Source: Rhodosorus marinus CCMP1338
Taxonomy: Eukaryota > Plantae > Rhodophyta
DNA: 64,000 nt
NCBI GenBank assembly: GCA_029953675.1
Contig: JAMWBK010000002.1
Location: 2,480,001 to 2,544,000, forward strand
Direction: 5' to 3'
Numbering within the stretch: position 1 is the first letter of the stretch; each line of letters opens with the position of its first letter. Below, one piece after another: positions 1-12,775 of this stretch. Position numbers and translations under genes: made by a program. Below the pieces are notes generated by a model that saw nothing but the letters and a program-made list of their open reading frames with translations, had not been told where the DNA came from and searched no databases.

Positions 1-120
1 ACTTGGTGTAGTAGGAGCATTCAACCTCCGTGTTCTTTAATATCTGCATGTATAACACCGGCAGTTAACGTCCCTGTGACACAATGGGTCACCATCGCAT
101 CACTGCAGTATGACTTTCAT

Positions 121-2604
121 TCAATTTGTGTCCTGCTCGCCCACGCCGACACCCGCAGGCTCAGGCTTAACGCAGTCCCATAGTTTCTGATATGCTTCGC
201 TTTTATCTGAGTCCAGTCCAAGCTCGTTGATGTCCGAACCAAACTTTCGTACGTCCAAGTAAAGCTGCATGCTGATTTTGTCCATCTCTGCATTGTTGCC
301 TGCTGCACCTATGTTCAGTCTTCGCAGTGTATCTGCAGTCTGTCTCACGTTGAGAAGCAAATCTTTCGCCAGTTCGTAGTATCCAGTTACAGTTAATTCG
401 ACAACCTCCTTCAGAATTTTGTTCTTCTCACTTTCGGTTAATGTAACTTCGGGATCCGTCAAGAACTGTCTCAGCGGCTTCAAAACATTGGGGACAAAGC
501 GACTATACTGTGTTGGCGCTGGTCTGTTGGTCATTCTGTACGTTGCAAGAATTCCTCGCATTGTCTGCAAAGTCTCTATGCAACCCTTTGATATGACGGA
601 CGAAATTCTCTCTCCCAGGTCTGGCTTAAGCGAAGCCAGGTTTTCTATCGCGTCGGAGAACGCGTTGTCGATGGCAGTTGTAGCTTCGCTCGGGAGCTTT
701 CCGTTAGACCCCATCCGCACGACTGATGCCAACTCAGCCTGCAATCTCTCGGTTAATGTCTCCACATCAGAAAATACGACAGAAACATCCTTCGCGAGCA
801 TGTCGGTCCCCCAAGATTCTTCTAAACCCTTTTTGGTCCATGTCGTGTACCTGAACCGTACCGAGTCGCTACAATGAGAAAAACAACAGACTCCCCTTCT
901 TTCCCCTTCTTCACTCAAGCGCATCGACTTCACTTACCTCGCTAGGAGCTGAAGCGACAGTTTCAAAAATTTGTGAGTTAGCGGCCGCAAAAAGACGTCA
1001 TCATCCCAGCACTTTCGAAGCGCGGACACCAGCGCCTTCGTCGCTTGAAGACGGTAGAGATCAGGAGAGAGAATTCGAACGGCTGTTGTTTCCAGTGTGT
1101 CAGCTCCTTTTACGCCAGTAGAAGAGGTCGAGAGTGAGGGAGTGCTTTTTAGAGCATCCTCAAAAGTATTTGTGACCTGAGCGAAAAAAAACATTGCGTG
1201 AGACGCGAGAAGCGATAGCAAAAAATGCATGTCCGCAGTTTTTGTAACTCACCTCCTGAAAACGAAGCTGAAAATACACAGGCAGGCTCCATCTTCGCCA
1301 AAATTTAACGGTCTGCTTATGCCTCTGGAGGGTTTCAAGCTTCTCCGCAGTAGAACAAAGTTTTTCCAGGAGGGAGAATATCCTGGTTGCTCCCATGAAA
1401 GACTTGTGAAAGACGTCGGCTATCCCAGGAGAGAACACATTAAGATTGGATTCGATCCCGCTCTCGACTATAAGCACATAGAAGACGGCACGCCTTCTGT
1501 TTAGCCACTGCGTCATCGTCTCCTGTTAGGTAGCATGTTTGTTAGAAGAGCCACTTACTCTCTGGCCAAATGGCGTTGTTCACAAAGTCGAAAGATCGAA
1601 GTCGTTCCTCTGAGTCGCAAAGGGACGTCACGGGATTGCACTTCTCCCTTACAAAGTCACCGATTAGTATCTCAGCGGACTCTAGAATGTCTGCCGTGGT
1701 CACGCTTTCAGCGTTGTTTCCCATCCTTTCTTCTGCCAAAGTTGAGCAAACTGACATCTTGAGCTTTGTGCTGACGAAGGGTTTCACAACTTCGGATTGA
1801 AAGAGATCCTCCGCTGCGCTGATTATTCCAGCAATGGCTATTGCTGAAAGTGCTCGCAAGAGCAAGTCCTGTCCAGTGCCGGGAAGTGAATAGTTAAAAG
1901 CGCTTAGGCTTTCTTCTAGTACCAGCTGAGGGGCTAAAGTTTCAGACTGGTGGATAAGAGTTTACCTTGTCAGCTGTGAGGGCTTCCTTTAACCATTGTT
2001 CCAGCTGCTCCCGCACATGCGTCTTCAACTTTCCCAAGCGGGGTGTCAAGGCGACAACGTACTTCGAGTTTTTGTCCACCTTGGCCAAGCAAAAGTCCAG
2101 CTGAGAGCTCACCGCGGCAGTACGTTCCAAAATTCGATAACGTTCATCGGATTGGCCATCGCAAGCTTCTACTTCTTTCAACAGTCGCTCACATTTGTAG
2201 ACGAGTTCGGAAATTCGGAGACATAACTCAAGTAGGTTCCTTTTGCTCGCATGCTGACTCCGCTTATCCAAGATTTTCAGGAGCTGTTCGATGTCCGATT
2301 CGAAAGAAGCTAAGATCACTTCGACTTCCTCGCGAAGCTTTTCGAGAGGCTCCAGCACCTCGTCGGTGAGTTGGTCAACATCGGAGACCGCCTCCCCTAG
2401 CGACATGAACGAGGAAAAATTTCCTTGGATCTGGCCAACGATCTCATCTGAGATCTCATCTAAGTGTACCTGTAGATCGTCGCGCAAAGTAGACAGCGGA
2501 GCCTTCACCCGAACAACCGAAACGAACTCCGACATCGACTGCTCCCTGTTTTGCAACGCCTCCCGTTCGAAGCACAGCTTTCGAGGGCCTTTGGCTTCCA
2601 TCAT
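121..2604 (-). CDS. COG2: Conserved oligomeric Golgi complex subunit 2 (about 5 exons)
   Basis: ORFs 1942-2604, 1542-1865, 1160-1516, 934-1230 and 121-933 join through GT-AG introns (e.g. 1869-1965, 1468-1558, 851-938). N-terminal 'LCFERE..L..LRDDL..L....NFSSFMSLG' coiled coil, internal 'NVFSPGIADVFH' and C-terminal 'YRMTNRPAPTQYSRFVPNVLKPL' match the COG2 family as I recall it. Confidence 0.78.
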
Positions 2605-3006
2605 AGGTTACACTCTTATCACAGTTGCTCAACCACATATGTCAAAAAGCGTTATCTACTATTCTAAAACCCTGCTTCCTCCCACGCATACCCCAGCTCC
2701 TTTTCTCCAATGACCCCAATCGATCCTTATGCTAGCAAACGAGCAATTTATTTCTAAAGTAAGCTGCATATCTTAAATTAAGATTCATAGATTCAATAAA
2801 TAAAGACATAAAGAAATAAAAGAGAAATGTTTTTCTATATTTAGATCATTGTGTTCTATTCTGAAAAGCAAGTGCAATGAGTTGCATTAAACTCGGCTGT
2901 GCGTGTTTGCGTCTTTGGCGAAGGGGACCACCAGCATGTGAGAAGGTCTGGAAGGTTTTAGTTCATAGGAGGCATCAATAGATCATCCTGGCTATTACAT
3001 ACAAGC

Positions 3007-3913
3007 ATGGAAGGGTTTAAGCTAATTCTGGGGTCTGGATCTGCCAGTCGGAAGGAGATCTTAGGTGAAATGGGACTGGAGTTTGAGGTGCTCAAGGCTG
3101 ACATCGATGAGAGGGCGATTCGGCACGAGGATCCAGCTACGTTGGTGAGCATCCTTGGGAATAAGAAGGCCGATGCAATACTGGAGAGGATAAATTCTAA
3201 GGGTGTTCCCAAGTACGAAGGGGAGGTGTTCCTGCTGACCGGAGATCAAGTTGTTGAGCACAACGGTGGGTGGAAGAAGTGCGAGGGGACGCACTCCACT
3301 CACTCGACTGAGAATTCGATCTGACAGAACCTCTTTTGGCTCCCGTATGCTTTCCTCGCACTCCGCGCAGGCAAGATTCTTGAGAAACCTTTGGATGAAA
3401 AAGAGGCCAGAACGTTTATTGAAGGGTACAACAGAGCTCCAGCTAGAACCGTGGGGAGCATAATCATTACGAATGTGAAAACTGGTGAGCGATTTGAGTC
3501 AGTCGACACAGCAGAAATTTACTTCCACGAAATCCCAGGCGAGGTACAGTTTGAAAATTGGGAGGAATCTGCGACCGCGATTCAGAGTCATCGCTGTTCA
3601 TAAATCAACAATGCGGATGAATTCCTTCGTGCTCATAGGTAATTGATAAGCTGATTGAAGAAGGAGAAGTTTTCTACTGCGCTGGTGGTCTCAAAGTTGA
3701 AGATCCCCTGGTTTCTAGGTGAGTCCTAGCAATTTGAACAGATCAGCTTCCATATACTTATTCGCAATTGCGCCCCGACATCAATCCAAAAATTTCAGAT
3801 ATGTTGACCACATCGCAGGCGGCATGGACTCCGTTATGGGACTATCCAAGGCCACGGTCGAGCGATTGTTGAAAAATGCGATGGAGAGCGCCTCAGGCGC
3901 GAAGGCAGTTTAG
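3007..3913 (+). CDS. Maf-like nucleoside triphosphate pyrophosphatase (4 exons)
   Basis: 'LILGSGSASRKEIL', 'KADIDERAIR', 'LLTGDQVV..NG/KILEKP', 'YCAGGLKVE' and 'DSVMGLSK' are Maf/YhdE motifs. Canonical introns restore the frame. Confidence 0.9.
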
Positions 3914-4008
3914 TCGTTTGGCAGGTGTTCCGCGTTCTTGTCGATGATTTTCATATTCGCTTCAATTGATCTCACAGCATTCAGCCGCCGATCGCGTGAT
4001 CAACTATA

Positions 4009-5255
4009 TTAATGTCTATACCTCTTTCTGCCTCCACCATCCCTTTCCCCATAGCCTCTGTCTCTGTCCCTATCCCGATAATCCCGGTCGTTGGTTCTAT
4101 CACGCCCACTATTCCTGTCCCTGTAGTCTCGCCCTCCATCCCTGGGACCTCTATCTCTGCCTCCCCCTGGTCTGTCACGGCTATCTCGGTGATTGAAGTC
4201 CCTTCCTCGCCTCTCACGGAAATTGGATTCACGGTCTCTATCGTCCTTGGATTCGGCAGGCTCGATCTTCTTTGGAGGTTCCTTCTTCTCTGGCTTTTTA
4301 GGCTCTCGCAACCTGTGGGAGATTAAGCGAACCCTTCCAAGTTAGAACTGATCCAAGGAATCTGAAGGCAGTCTGGGTTGTTTCACCTTTTGGGTAACCA
4401 ACTGGGTACGGTCCGTCCACGCTCAATGTCCACAGATATTCTCTTGCCATCGATTCTCCTTCCGTCGCCGGCTTTGTATGCCTCCTTCATGTCCTTTTCC
4501 TTCTCGAACTCTATAAAGGCATAACCACAGGGCAGTTTCGTGTCACTTCGGATCGGCATCCGTACGCTTTTTATTCGCCCGAAAGTCTCAAACTCTCTCA
4601 TCAGCTTCGCCTCCGTTGTCTCAAGAGCCTTGATCAAGAAAGCAGTAGTCAGAAAATGCACGTCGGAATCCGTCTACAAACTACGTATGGCCGTAGTAGG
4701 TGCGTCGACCGGAAACATGAGCCGTATTCGTGCAGGCGTACCAATCTTGACACAAACAGGGTCTTGAAGGGGTCCTCAGTCACGTTGTCTTTCGCCGCTT
4801 TAGGATCATATAGTTTCTTCTCCTTTTCAACTAATTTACGCATTCGCTCACGACGTTCTCGCGTTTGACGAAGCCGAGCTCTCGACGGGGTTTCGTACCA
4901 AGGGATCTTTAAAAACTCCTCCTGAGCCTTCTCCTGACTCTCCTTCGACTCGAAAGAATCGATGAACTTGGCCAATCCTTGGATTTTTCAATTTGAAAAA
5001 GAGCAAAAATTGCGTAAGATAGTCAAATACATCAAACCCTGACAACCATCGAAAAGAAGAAGCAAGAAACAGGCGAATCACGCGTCATCAAGGATAGCAC
5101 TCACCATCCAGCGGCCGCAACTTCTTAGCTCTCGGCGGCGCAACATGCGGCGGTGCTTTCCTGGCCTTAAAAAGCTCAATAATATTCGGCGGAAAGATAA
5201 ACTTCTGCTGCCCGGAGTACGCAGGACGGAACCGATTGCCGGAATGAGGTCCCAT
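4009..5255 (-). CDS. SNRNP70: U1 snRNP 70 kDa protein (4 exons)
   Basis: N-terminal 'FPPNIIELFKAR'; 'DPFKTLFVSRL/ALETTEAKLMREFETFG...GYAFIEFE...DGRRIDGKRISVDIERGRTVPSWLPKR' RRM; C-terminal RD/RE-rich tail. Confidence 0.93.
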
Positions 5256-5954
5256 TCTCTAAAGAAGAAACCCTAGATCAAAAACAAAAACAAAAGCGCG
5301 AGACACAGGTATTAAAGCATTTGAATACCTCTAAGATCTACTCCGAAAGAAAAAAGAAGAAGAAATCGAACCGATCCCAAGCGCCCCATCGTCTCCATAC
5401 CACCATCCTCGCGCTCTCCGCACATGATATTCACCCTCCCAAAAGGCAACCATCGCCACAGCCACCCTGAAGTGCCTCAAATATAAAAAACACTTGTCAG
5501 TCATTATATTATAGTATCCTCTTTTCATTGGATATAAATAAGATCAATCATTAATATAAGCGAATAATAAATCTTTAACATGAAGTATGAGCTCATAAGA
5601 TTTTTAATTGGATATGTTTTAGAACTAAAGCTTATTATTGGTTGTTAGACGGTTTATTCTTGCTGGATGATTTAACGGAGGACCTTTGCGATTGTCTTAG
5701 AGGGCGGGTTGGGGATGGTGGGGGTTGTCCGGAGTACCGGCAGAGCAAGTCGGAGGTCGATATAGTATCTTGGAAGGGAGCGCTTGACCCTCGAAGAGTT
5801 TCTTCTTCAATCGATAGGGCTCTACGAAGTTTTGTAGTTGTGTTCCCCCTCTTCTTTTTTGGTTTGTTTCGTTCGTTTGGGGAGTTTAGGATTGGCCGTT
5901 GGTTTTCGGTGGGAACGGCTGTGCTTGGTTTTTCCTCTTAGCAAACAGGATGAT

Positions 5955-6877
5955 ATGGGATTTTTTGTGGTAAAATTGGTGAAGGACTTGCAAGTTCATC
6001 CGCGATTCTTCAACGCGTCCCTGTCAGACACTTTGAAACAGAGATTAATATCTGAGGTACGTGTGCGATCTAAGAAAAGTGTGTGTACTTTTAAGGTTCG
6101 GAAGGGTTTGGCGTTTCTAAGGACCATTGGAGCGCAGGGGAGATTCGTTGCGTTCAATACGCTAGAAGCGAGGATTGTTTCTCGAGCAGCGTTGTTCGCT
6201 TCTCCTCTAATGACAACCATATGCTCCCATGTTCGCCGATCGCTTTGGAGCGAGTTGCCAACGGAAATCTCATTTTTCCAACGCCCCGCTTTTTCAGGTG
6301 GAAGGGCAATTTGCTGGTCGTCATGGATTTATCGTGATTGTGCAGAAGATAGAGGAGCCGATTCCTGTAGGTGAGATAGACAGCAGCACTGGTTTCGCTG
6401 TGTTTCCGATCAAATATCACGCGCTGGTTTTTCGACCTTTCCGCGGTGAAGTTTTGGACAGCATTGTAACGAGGGTAAGCAATCATTTTGTGGAGGCTGA
6501 TTCGTTTCAGAACGCCATATTGATTTCATGAGCTAGAGCCGGTTGATGCGTGGTAGCGGTGATGACTGGCGCAACGCGTGTACTTGAGGTCCTTATTGAC
6601 GGTGACATTCTTTTTGTAGGTTCTGCCTCATGGATTTTTGGCCTCTGCCGGGCCGTTGGACATTTTTGTTTCACACCACTGCCTGCCTTCGGATATGAAA
6701 TACGATCAGCAAGGGGAATGCTGGGTATCGATCAATCAAGCTGATAAAATTGAGACCAAAACTGCTGTCCGGCTGAAACTGATCGGGTTGAAGGTCGAAG
6801 CAACGAAGATGCACGCTACCGGATCTATGAAGGAAGATTTCTTGGGCCCGATTGCGTCTTCGGCAGACTATATTTGA
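5955..6877 (+). CDS. RPB7: RNA polymerase II subunit RPB7 (3 exons)
   Basis: 'MGFFVVKLVKDLQVHPRFF...VEGQFAGRHGFIV...FPIKYHALVFRPFRGEVLD...AGPLDIFVSHH...VRLKLIG...GSMKEDFLGPI' aligns with eukaryotic RPB7. Confidence 0.93.
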
Positions 6878-7242
6878 GAGATACGGAACGGTGCATATTT
6901 GTCGTGGAGTTCGCTTGTAATTATTAGGTTCCCCGAGTGCATACAATGAAAACGCAGTACTGAAGTGCTTGCCGTGTAGTGCCTTGAACTCGCATTGAGC
7001 CCTACCTGCGCGAAGGCTCAAACGTAAATGCGCATGATATCTCTACGCCAGTATTCAGGTGCTCGATTTCTTCAATCTGGGATCCGCGGAAAACTGAACA
7101 CTTGAGCATCTCGATCCCTAGCTCAAAAAATCAAGACACTTGTAACCCTTGAGGGTGAATATCAGCGCGAAATTTGCTCATATGCGATTCACGTCCACCA
7201 CAAGAGAGGACTGACTCAGCCTGCAAGACTCGGAAAAGGCTT

Positions 7243-7290
7243 AGTTTGATCTTCTCTCCTATGTAGTACTCCGTACGAGAAGATCAAACT
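7243..7290. repeat. Perfect 14-bp inverted repeat (hairpin) with 20-nt loop
   Basis: AGTTTGATCTTCTC (7243-7256) and GAGAAGATCAAACT (7277-7290) are exact reverse complements. Confidence 0.9.
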
Positions 7291-8228
7291 CCTTACTAAT
7301 TAAAGCTTGTACTAATGCAAACTATTAGATAGTAACGTCGTTTATATGAATATAGTGTCACTTCTTGCATGTCGCCAAATATCTAAAACCAAAAGGACTT
7401 CACTTTTGTGACCATCTGCAAACCCCGCCGAGTTGAGTCCATTTTCAATTCCCGATGCAATGAACTGAGGGGGTAACCTTTTCTATACGCTGATATTTAT
7501 TCTACAATACACTAATTAAACCAACTGAAGTTTAATACAGCCCCTGGCCGATAGAGCCCCTAAGCGAAAACAGTCCCAACCAGCAAAGGGTGACCGACCC
7601 ATCACAAAAACCAACCACGGCCGGGGATGAATAGAAGCAATAAATCTCTACACCGGGGAGATTGTAAATGCGATAGGCCTAATAACAATTAATTTACTAC
7701 ATTTCCAATTCCTAAAACCGTATCTAAGGGGTGGGGGGGAGAGGAAAGTGAAATCAGCTCACGAGCTAGCCAGGAACATTCGCCAGAGTTTTTCCCTCTG
7801 ATTGCCCGATGGATTTTTACACAAAAAAAAGAAATTCCCGAGAATCCCTGTTTTCTTCAGAAAACAATTATTTTCGTGGTCGTCGGCATTGAGGGTTTGG
7901 TGGAGATTGAGGTGAAAACGGTCAATATTAAAAAATCAGATGTTTTATCGCGGATTATGACATTCCTGTGTTTGTTGGGCCGTTTTTTTTGCAAATGTTT
8001 TGGTAGGCCGCGAAACACGGTGAGGAGGAAGGGTTTTCGAAGGGTTTGAGAGGGGTTTGGAGGGGGTTTGGGGCCGGTGCGGGATGGGGGAGCAAGTGAT
8101 TTGTGGGGAATTTTTGTTGATGGCGTAGGGCGTGGGAGAGAGGGGTGGGGATGCTGAGGAGTTTGTGAGAAGGGAAAACTTCTTGTTGTTTTTTTGGGGG
8201 GGGTGGGAGGGAGTTTCGGAGGGAGAGG

Positions 8229-9216
8229 ATGGAGGGATTTGTTGGTAACGCGAGCGTGAAGCTCGGTGGCCGGGCTGCGGGTGGTTACTGCGGGTTGAGG
8301 AGGAATGCCGATGGACTTTCGGTTGCTCCGAGACCGATTGGTGCGAGCACGGGGGCTGCCACCATAGAGATGAAGATCTTTGACTGGAAGAAGCGTGGAG
8401 AGACTGGTGAAAGTGGGTTGTTCACGATGCTTTTCTGCTTGGGATGAGGTGTTCGGTTTCCCGTTCTTAATCGTCTATTGCTGCTTGAACTGCTTTTTTG
8501 CGTATAGTGGAAATCGGTGAGATGAGTTTCACGACTCTCAAGCCGGCACCTGGTTCAAACCAGAGGAAGAAGAGAAAGGGCCGTGGCCACTCCGCTGGAC
8601 AAGGAGGCTCGTGCGGATTCGGAATGAGGGGACAAAAATCCAGAAGTGGACGTCCGTCTAGACCAGGTTTTGAAGGAGGTCAGAATCCCCTCTACCGTAG
8701 AGTTCCGAAGTAAGTACAATGTTCCAGGGCACGTTACTTCCCGTCAAGGATTGGAAATTATGCTGACGAGCCCATTCTGGATGCACTTAGGTATGTCGGT
8801 CGTCCAATGGGACCAGGACACTCATACACCAAGTACGGACTTGTTAAAATTGAAGATTTGAACAAGGCTGAGGAGGGAACCGTCGTCACTCAAGAGTCAC
8901 TGCAGGCTGCGGGGATTGTCACAAAGAACAAGTTGAAGTTGACGAAGGTTCGTTTTGAAAGTTCTGGGCAGGAAATGAGTAGGATCTTCAGCAGAAAACT
9001 AACGATCCATCTCGAATAATACAGATCGTAGGAGGCAACGTGGAGTTGACAGTGAAAAACCTTACCGTTAAGGCCCACGCATTCACAAGCTCGGCAGTCG
9101 CCGCCATTGAAGCTGCCGGAGGAACATGCCAGCTCCTGAACCCAACCACGAATGAGGATCTCGAAATGGATGACGATGAGGAGGTCGAGGAAGTGGCCCA
9201 GTCCTCAGAGGAGTAA
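8229..9216 (+). CDS. RPL15: Plastid 50S ribosomal protein L15, nucleus-encoded with transit peptide (4 exons)
   Basis: '[53 protein letters not shown]' and '[21 protein letters not shown]' are uL15 signatures. N-terminal extension 'MEGFVG...' resembles a transit peptide. Confidence 0.93.
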
Positions 9217-9428
9217 ACAGGATACACCTTTCCCCTAAACTAAAATTTGTATGATGCTGAACGAGTGGAATCACGTCGATGTGCCATTGCGTTTGATCTC
9301 CCGAATTAGAAGAGCTAGGATGTGAATCTAGTAAACGCTTTGTGTGTTCTTTACAAAAAGGAACGTTCTCACATATATTGTTGTGTATCCTAGTCAAGCA
9401 TGAACAATGCTCGAACGCATGCTCGAGT

Positions 9429-11030
9429 TTAACTACCCTCCAGGTTTGATGTCCAGCCAATGAGTTCTCCCTCACGATCCACGGAGTATAATTCCTCTGT
9501 AATGGGGCTCGACTCAAGCAAAGCTATGGACGCAAAGTGTTGCCTCTCGAAATATCTTGTGGGTAAGCTTTCAAACAGCTCAAATATCCCCACGTCCATC
9601 CCTCCCTGTTGAAGCCGAGACAGAAGTAGTGGCTTAGTTTTCCGCGATTGAAACTCGTGTCGCACTTTACTGGACTCCACGATCGGTTCCCCACACAGGC
9701 CAAACAACACCATGATTCCATCTACTTCTCGATGAAATATCGTGCGTTTGCAATAGTGCTCAGGTACCGAACGCGGACCCAGGCGGTGTTTGCTTTGCAT
9801 CTCGCAGATATTGGTGCATTTAGTTCGTACTGATACATAAATTAGATCCTGATCCATGGAAACTGCAGCGTTGAGTGCAAAATGACGGTTTCTCACAGGA
9901 AACGTTGAGTGCGAGACGCAGAGCCCTGACAGGATATCCCATGTATACATTGCATGGACACCAACTGAGAGCAAATATCTTCCACCTGGTGCGAAAAGGA
10001 GCTTTGAAACCGCTCCATCTGCGTGTGCACTTGGCTGTCTGCTTTGCGTAATGGACAGAATGTGCTTAAGAACAACATCAGCATTGTAACAATTCATCAA
10101 ATTTTCGACGCTACGGGAGTCCCCCACACCTGTACGGTTTTCGTTTTCTCTTCCAAGACCGTCTCTTTGAACCATACCCAGTGACGACGTCACCAATAAC
10201 AGCTGTATCTTCGCAAGGAACACTCACGGATTAGTTGTCCAGCCCCAATCGACCAAGACATTAGTACTGGACTTCAGGGCTAGCCAGTGGCTCACTACCT
10301 TCTCTTTTCGAGCTATCGAAAGTCTGTACACAAGCAGCTCTGCCAGCTTTGCGAACATCCCAGAGTTGAACAGATCCGTCGGCTCCACCAGCTGCCAAGA
10401 GGTGCTCGTCTTCTGGGGAGAAGGCAAGAGACTTAACTGGTCCATTTTGTCCATCCAGTTTTTGCGCAACTGCTCCAGCGTTCAGGTCCAGTAAGCCGAT
10501 GGAGTTTCCAAAGCCAGCTGAACCTATCGCAACCTGATCCGATTAAGGTAGGCATGAATGGTCTGATAAAGGGAAAATGCGGCTACAACAGCGGGGAAGA
10601 TGCTTCCAGAGGATGATGACAGGCCCCCATGCCATAATCCACATGCGATGCATACTTACAAGTTCATGACTACTGCTACACATGGACATCGACATCGCGG
10701 AAACTTCACCCGTGGCAATACGTGATTCGCACTGTAAGCGATCAGTATCCCATATTTGTACATCGCCCTCACCAGGCTGTCTTGATACTCCCAATAGGAA
10801 GAGCGCGAAGTCTCCCGGATACCATAGCGCGTCTAGAACAATGCATGTTCTGGGGCTGAGATGCTGTTGGCAGATTTGACTCATACTTACATCCCTTGGG
10901 TTCGAGGTTGCATCGATGATGCTAAATTCCTGCCTGAACCCTAGGAGCAAAAACCTACCGCATAACTGTGGTTAGTTTGCTGACCAGTGATTTGACAGGA
11001 TTCCTCCGTGTGGACTTCGGACCTTCCATC
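9429..11030 (-). CDS. WD40 protein, ERCC8/CSA (Cockayne syndrome A, RAD28)-like; start approximate
   Basis: Spliced reading gives 'LWYPGDFALF..VQIWDTDRLQ', 'VAIGS...LLDLNAGAVAQKLDGQNGPVKSLAFSPEDEHLLAAGGADGSVQLWDVRKAG', 'AHADGAVSKLLFAPGGRYLLSVG' and 'ELYSVDREGELIGW'. These are collinear with human CSA motifs as I recall them. The 5' exon is unresolved. Confidence 0.7.
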
Positions 11031-11599
11031 TGAGCTGTCTACCGCCAGACACTGAGGCTCTTTAACTGTATTGTACCGTTTTCTCGCTCTCCATCCGTTT
11101 ACACGCTTCAAGCGAACCTGACAAAGCGCATATTATGAAAAGATGAAATATACATAAGGAGATTGTTCATCCCGTCTCGCCTACCCAATTTTCCAGCTCG
11201 TACGAATCGAGAGCGCCGGCCTCTCTTGCCAGAATCGACGAAAACATATTGCATGACTTCTATCCGAACAAAAACCTCTCTTGCTCAGAGCACTAATGCT
11301 TCAAGTCAGTTCCGTAAGTGCTCGCCCGTTGCTTTTCAGAGCACCCTTGCCCCTCCTCTCGTTTAGACCCTTGACTCGAGCTTTGTAAGCCACCGAAAGA
11401 GAAGTAAGCTGATCTTTCTCCCTTTCAACGTGCAAAGCTGGTCTGGTTTAATACGAATTGGGCCTAGTATCCCGTATGTGGGCAAGTCTTGTGTTGGCAT
11501 AATGACCTCTCGCACACAGAAGCGGATTTCACAGAGCAAATGGTTCATGTTCTGACGCCGTTTATTTCATGAACCGTTCATGGCTGTATCAGGGGAAAC

Positions 11600-12262
11600 T
11601 TGACTCTCAGCTCCTTGCATGCTGCTAATAGCGTCAAAGACAGTATCAAAGTGCCTTGACGTATAACCAGCTGGGTGCAGATCTGAACATGGGCGTAGTT
11701 TCTCAGGTGCTCAGCCAAAAGGGAGACTGCGCGGGTAATAAGAACCTACGAATGGTCGAAGAATTGCTTGGACTGCCTCTCAACTGCGGCTGTGGAGTAC
11801 TACCGACCGAAAGCATTTGCCTTAATCTTTCTGTAATCTCGTGCTCGGACGTACACCCTAGCTTTTGCATACAAAGACGCCCTCCGGATGTTCACAGCAG
11901 AGCATTCTCGTCAACAAAAGCAGATCAAAGAGCAAAATATGTCCGGCTCCGCCTACTGAACTCCTGTCTCGGTGAACCCATGATTATTTTAACCAGCGAG
12001 CGCGCTGTTTCCGCTGCCAGCTCCTGATCGCTTAAACAGACTTCCTCCCCCTGCTTGAATGGCGCATATTCAGGGCACGTCCAGAATCGGCATCTCTTAA
12101 AAATTTTGGGTTGAAAGAATTAACGAGAACCTCGGGAGCGGACTTTCAAACCTTTTGGGTACTGCTTGCATCCACATCAGAAGATACTTGCTCGGTCAAA
12201 CATCCCAATTCAAGTTCGCAATCCTCTGAACATTGAGAAGGCGTGGATATTCTATCGCTCAT
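11600..12262 (-). CDS. Possible spliced hypothetical protein
   Basis: ATG at 12262 opens a short exon ending at a GTTTGA donor, with further open stretches flanked by GT/AG. No recognisable homology; boundaries uncertain. Confidence 0.22.
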
Positions 12263-12775
12263 ACTTTCAATTCAGAGTCTAGTACTCAGTTTGGTTGAAA
12301 AAGGCTCTATCTGAAGCTTAAAGTCAATCCCCAAAGGCCGCAACCATCCTCAACTCTGCTCATCGAAAGCCAAATCTCCATTTTCCTTCGAAATAGTCCC
12401 AACTCCATTGTGTACCATTCGCCAACTCGGACGCAGAGATTTGGGCCGGGAAAATTTATCGGCTAATTGATTAAGTGAAAAGGGAGCGTTGGCATTGAAT
12501 TTTGTTGTATGAAACGAAGTTTCTAGTAGGAACGAGTTTCCTGTCAATTGACTTTGACGGTATAAAAACGGATGTGAGAGAATACTTTCGAGGCTGGGTT
12601 TGGGTGGAAGGGTTGAAGGGCTGCTGAAGGAGCTTCGGTAGGGTCCAGGTGCTTGCGTTGAGTGTATAGGCTGGCTAACCCTACTGGTTCTTTCATGAAT
12701 CCGATTTCCATGGTCGACTGAAGGTTGCTCTTGGGTTTCGTGGAGTTCGTGACGCGTCTAGAGTGTTTTTCAAGT

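Noticed and set aside
1523-1558. Apparent 36-nt ultra-short intron in COG2
   Set aside because: Using that acceptor leads to a stop. The acceptor at 1468 (91-nt intron) keeps the conserved frame.
7230-7295. Resemblance to U2 (TGTAGTA) or U6 (GAGAAGAT) snRNA
   Set aside because: Only 7-8 nt match, and the flanking conserved snRNA sequence is absent.
8030-8085. GGGTTT runs as an interstitial telomere
   Set aside because: The units are irregular and not a tandem TTTAGGG/TTAGGG array; they are better explained by the general G-rich leader skew.
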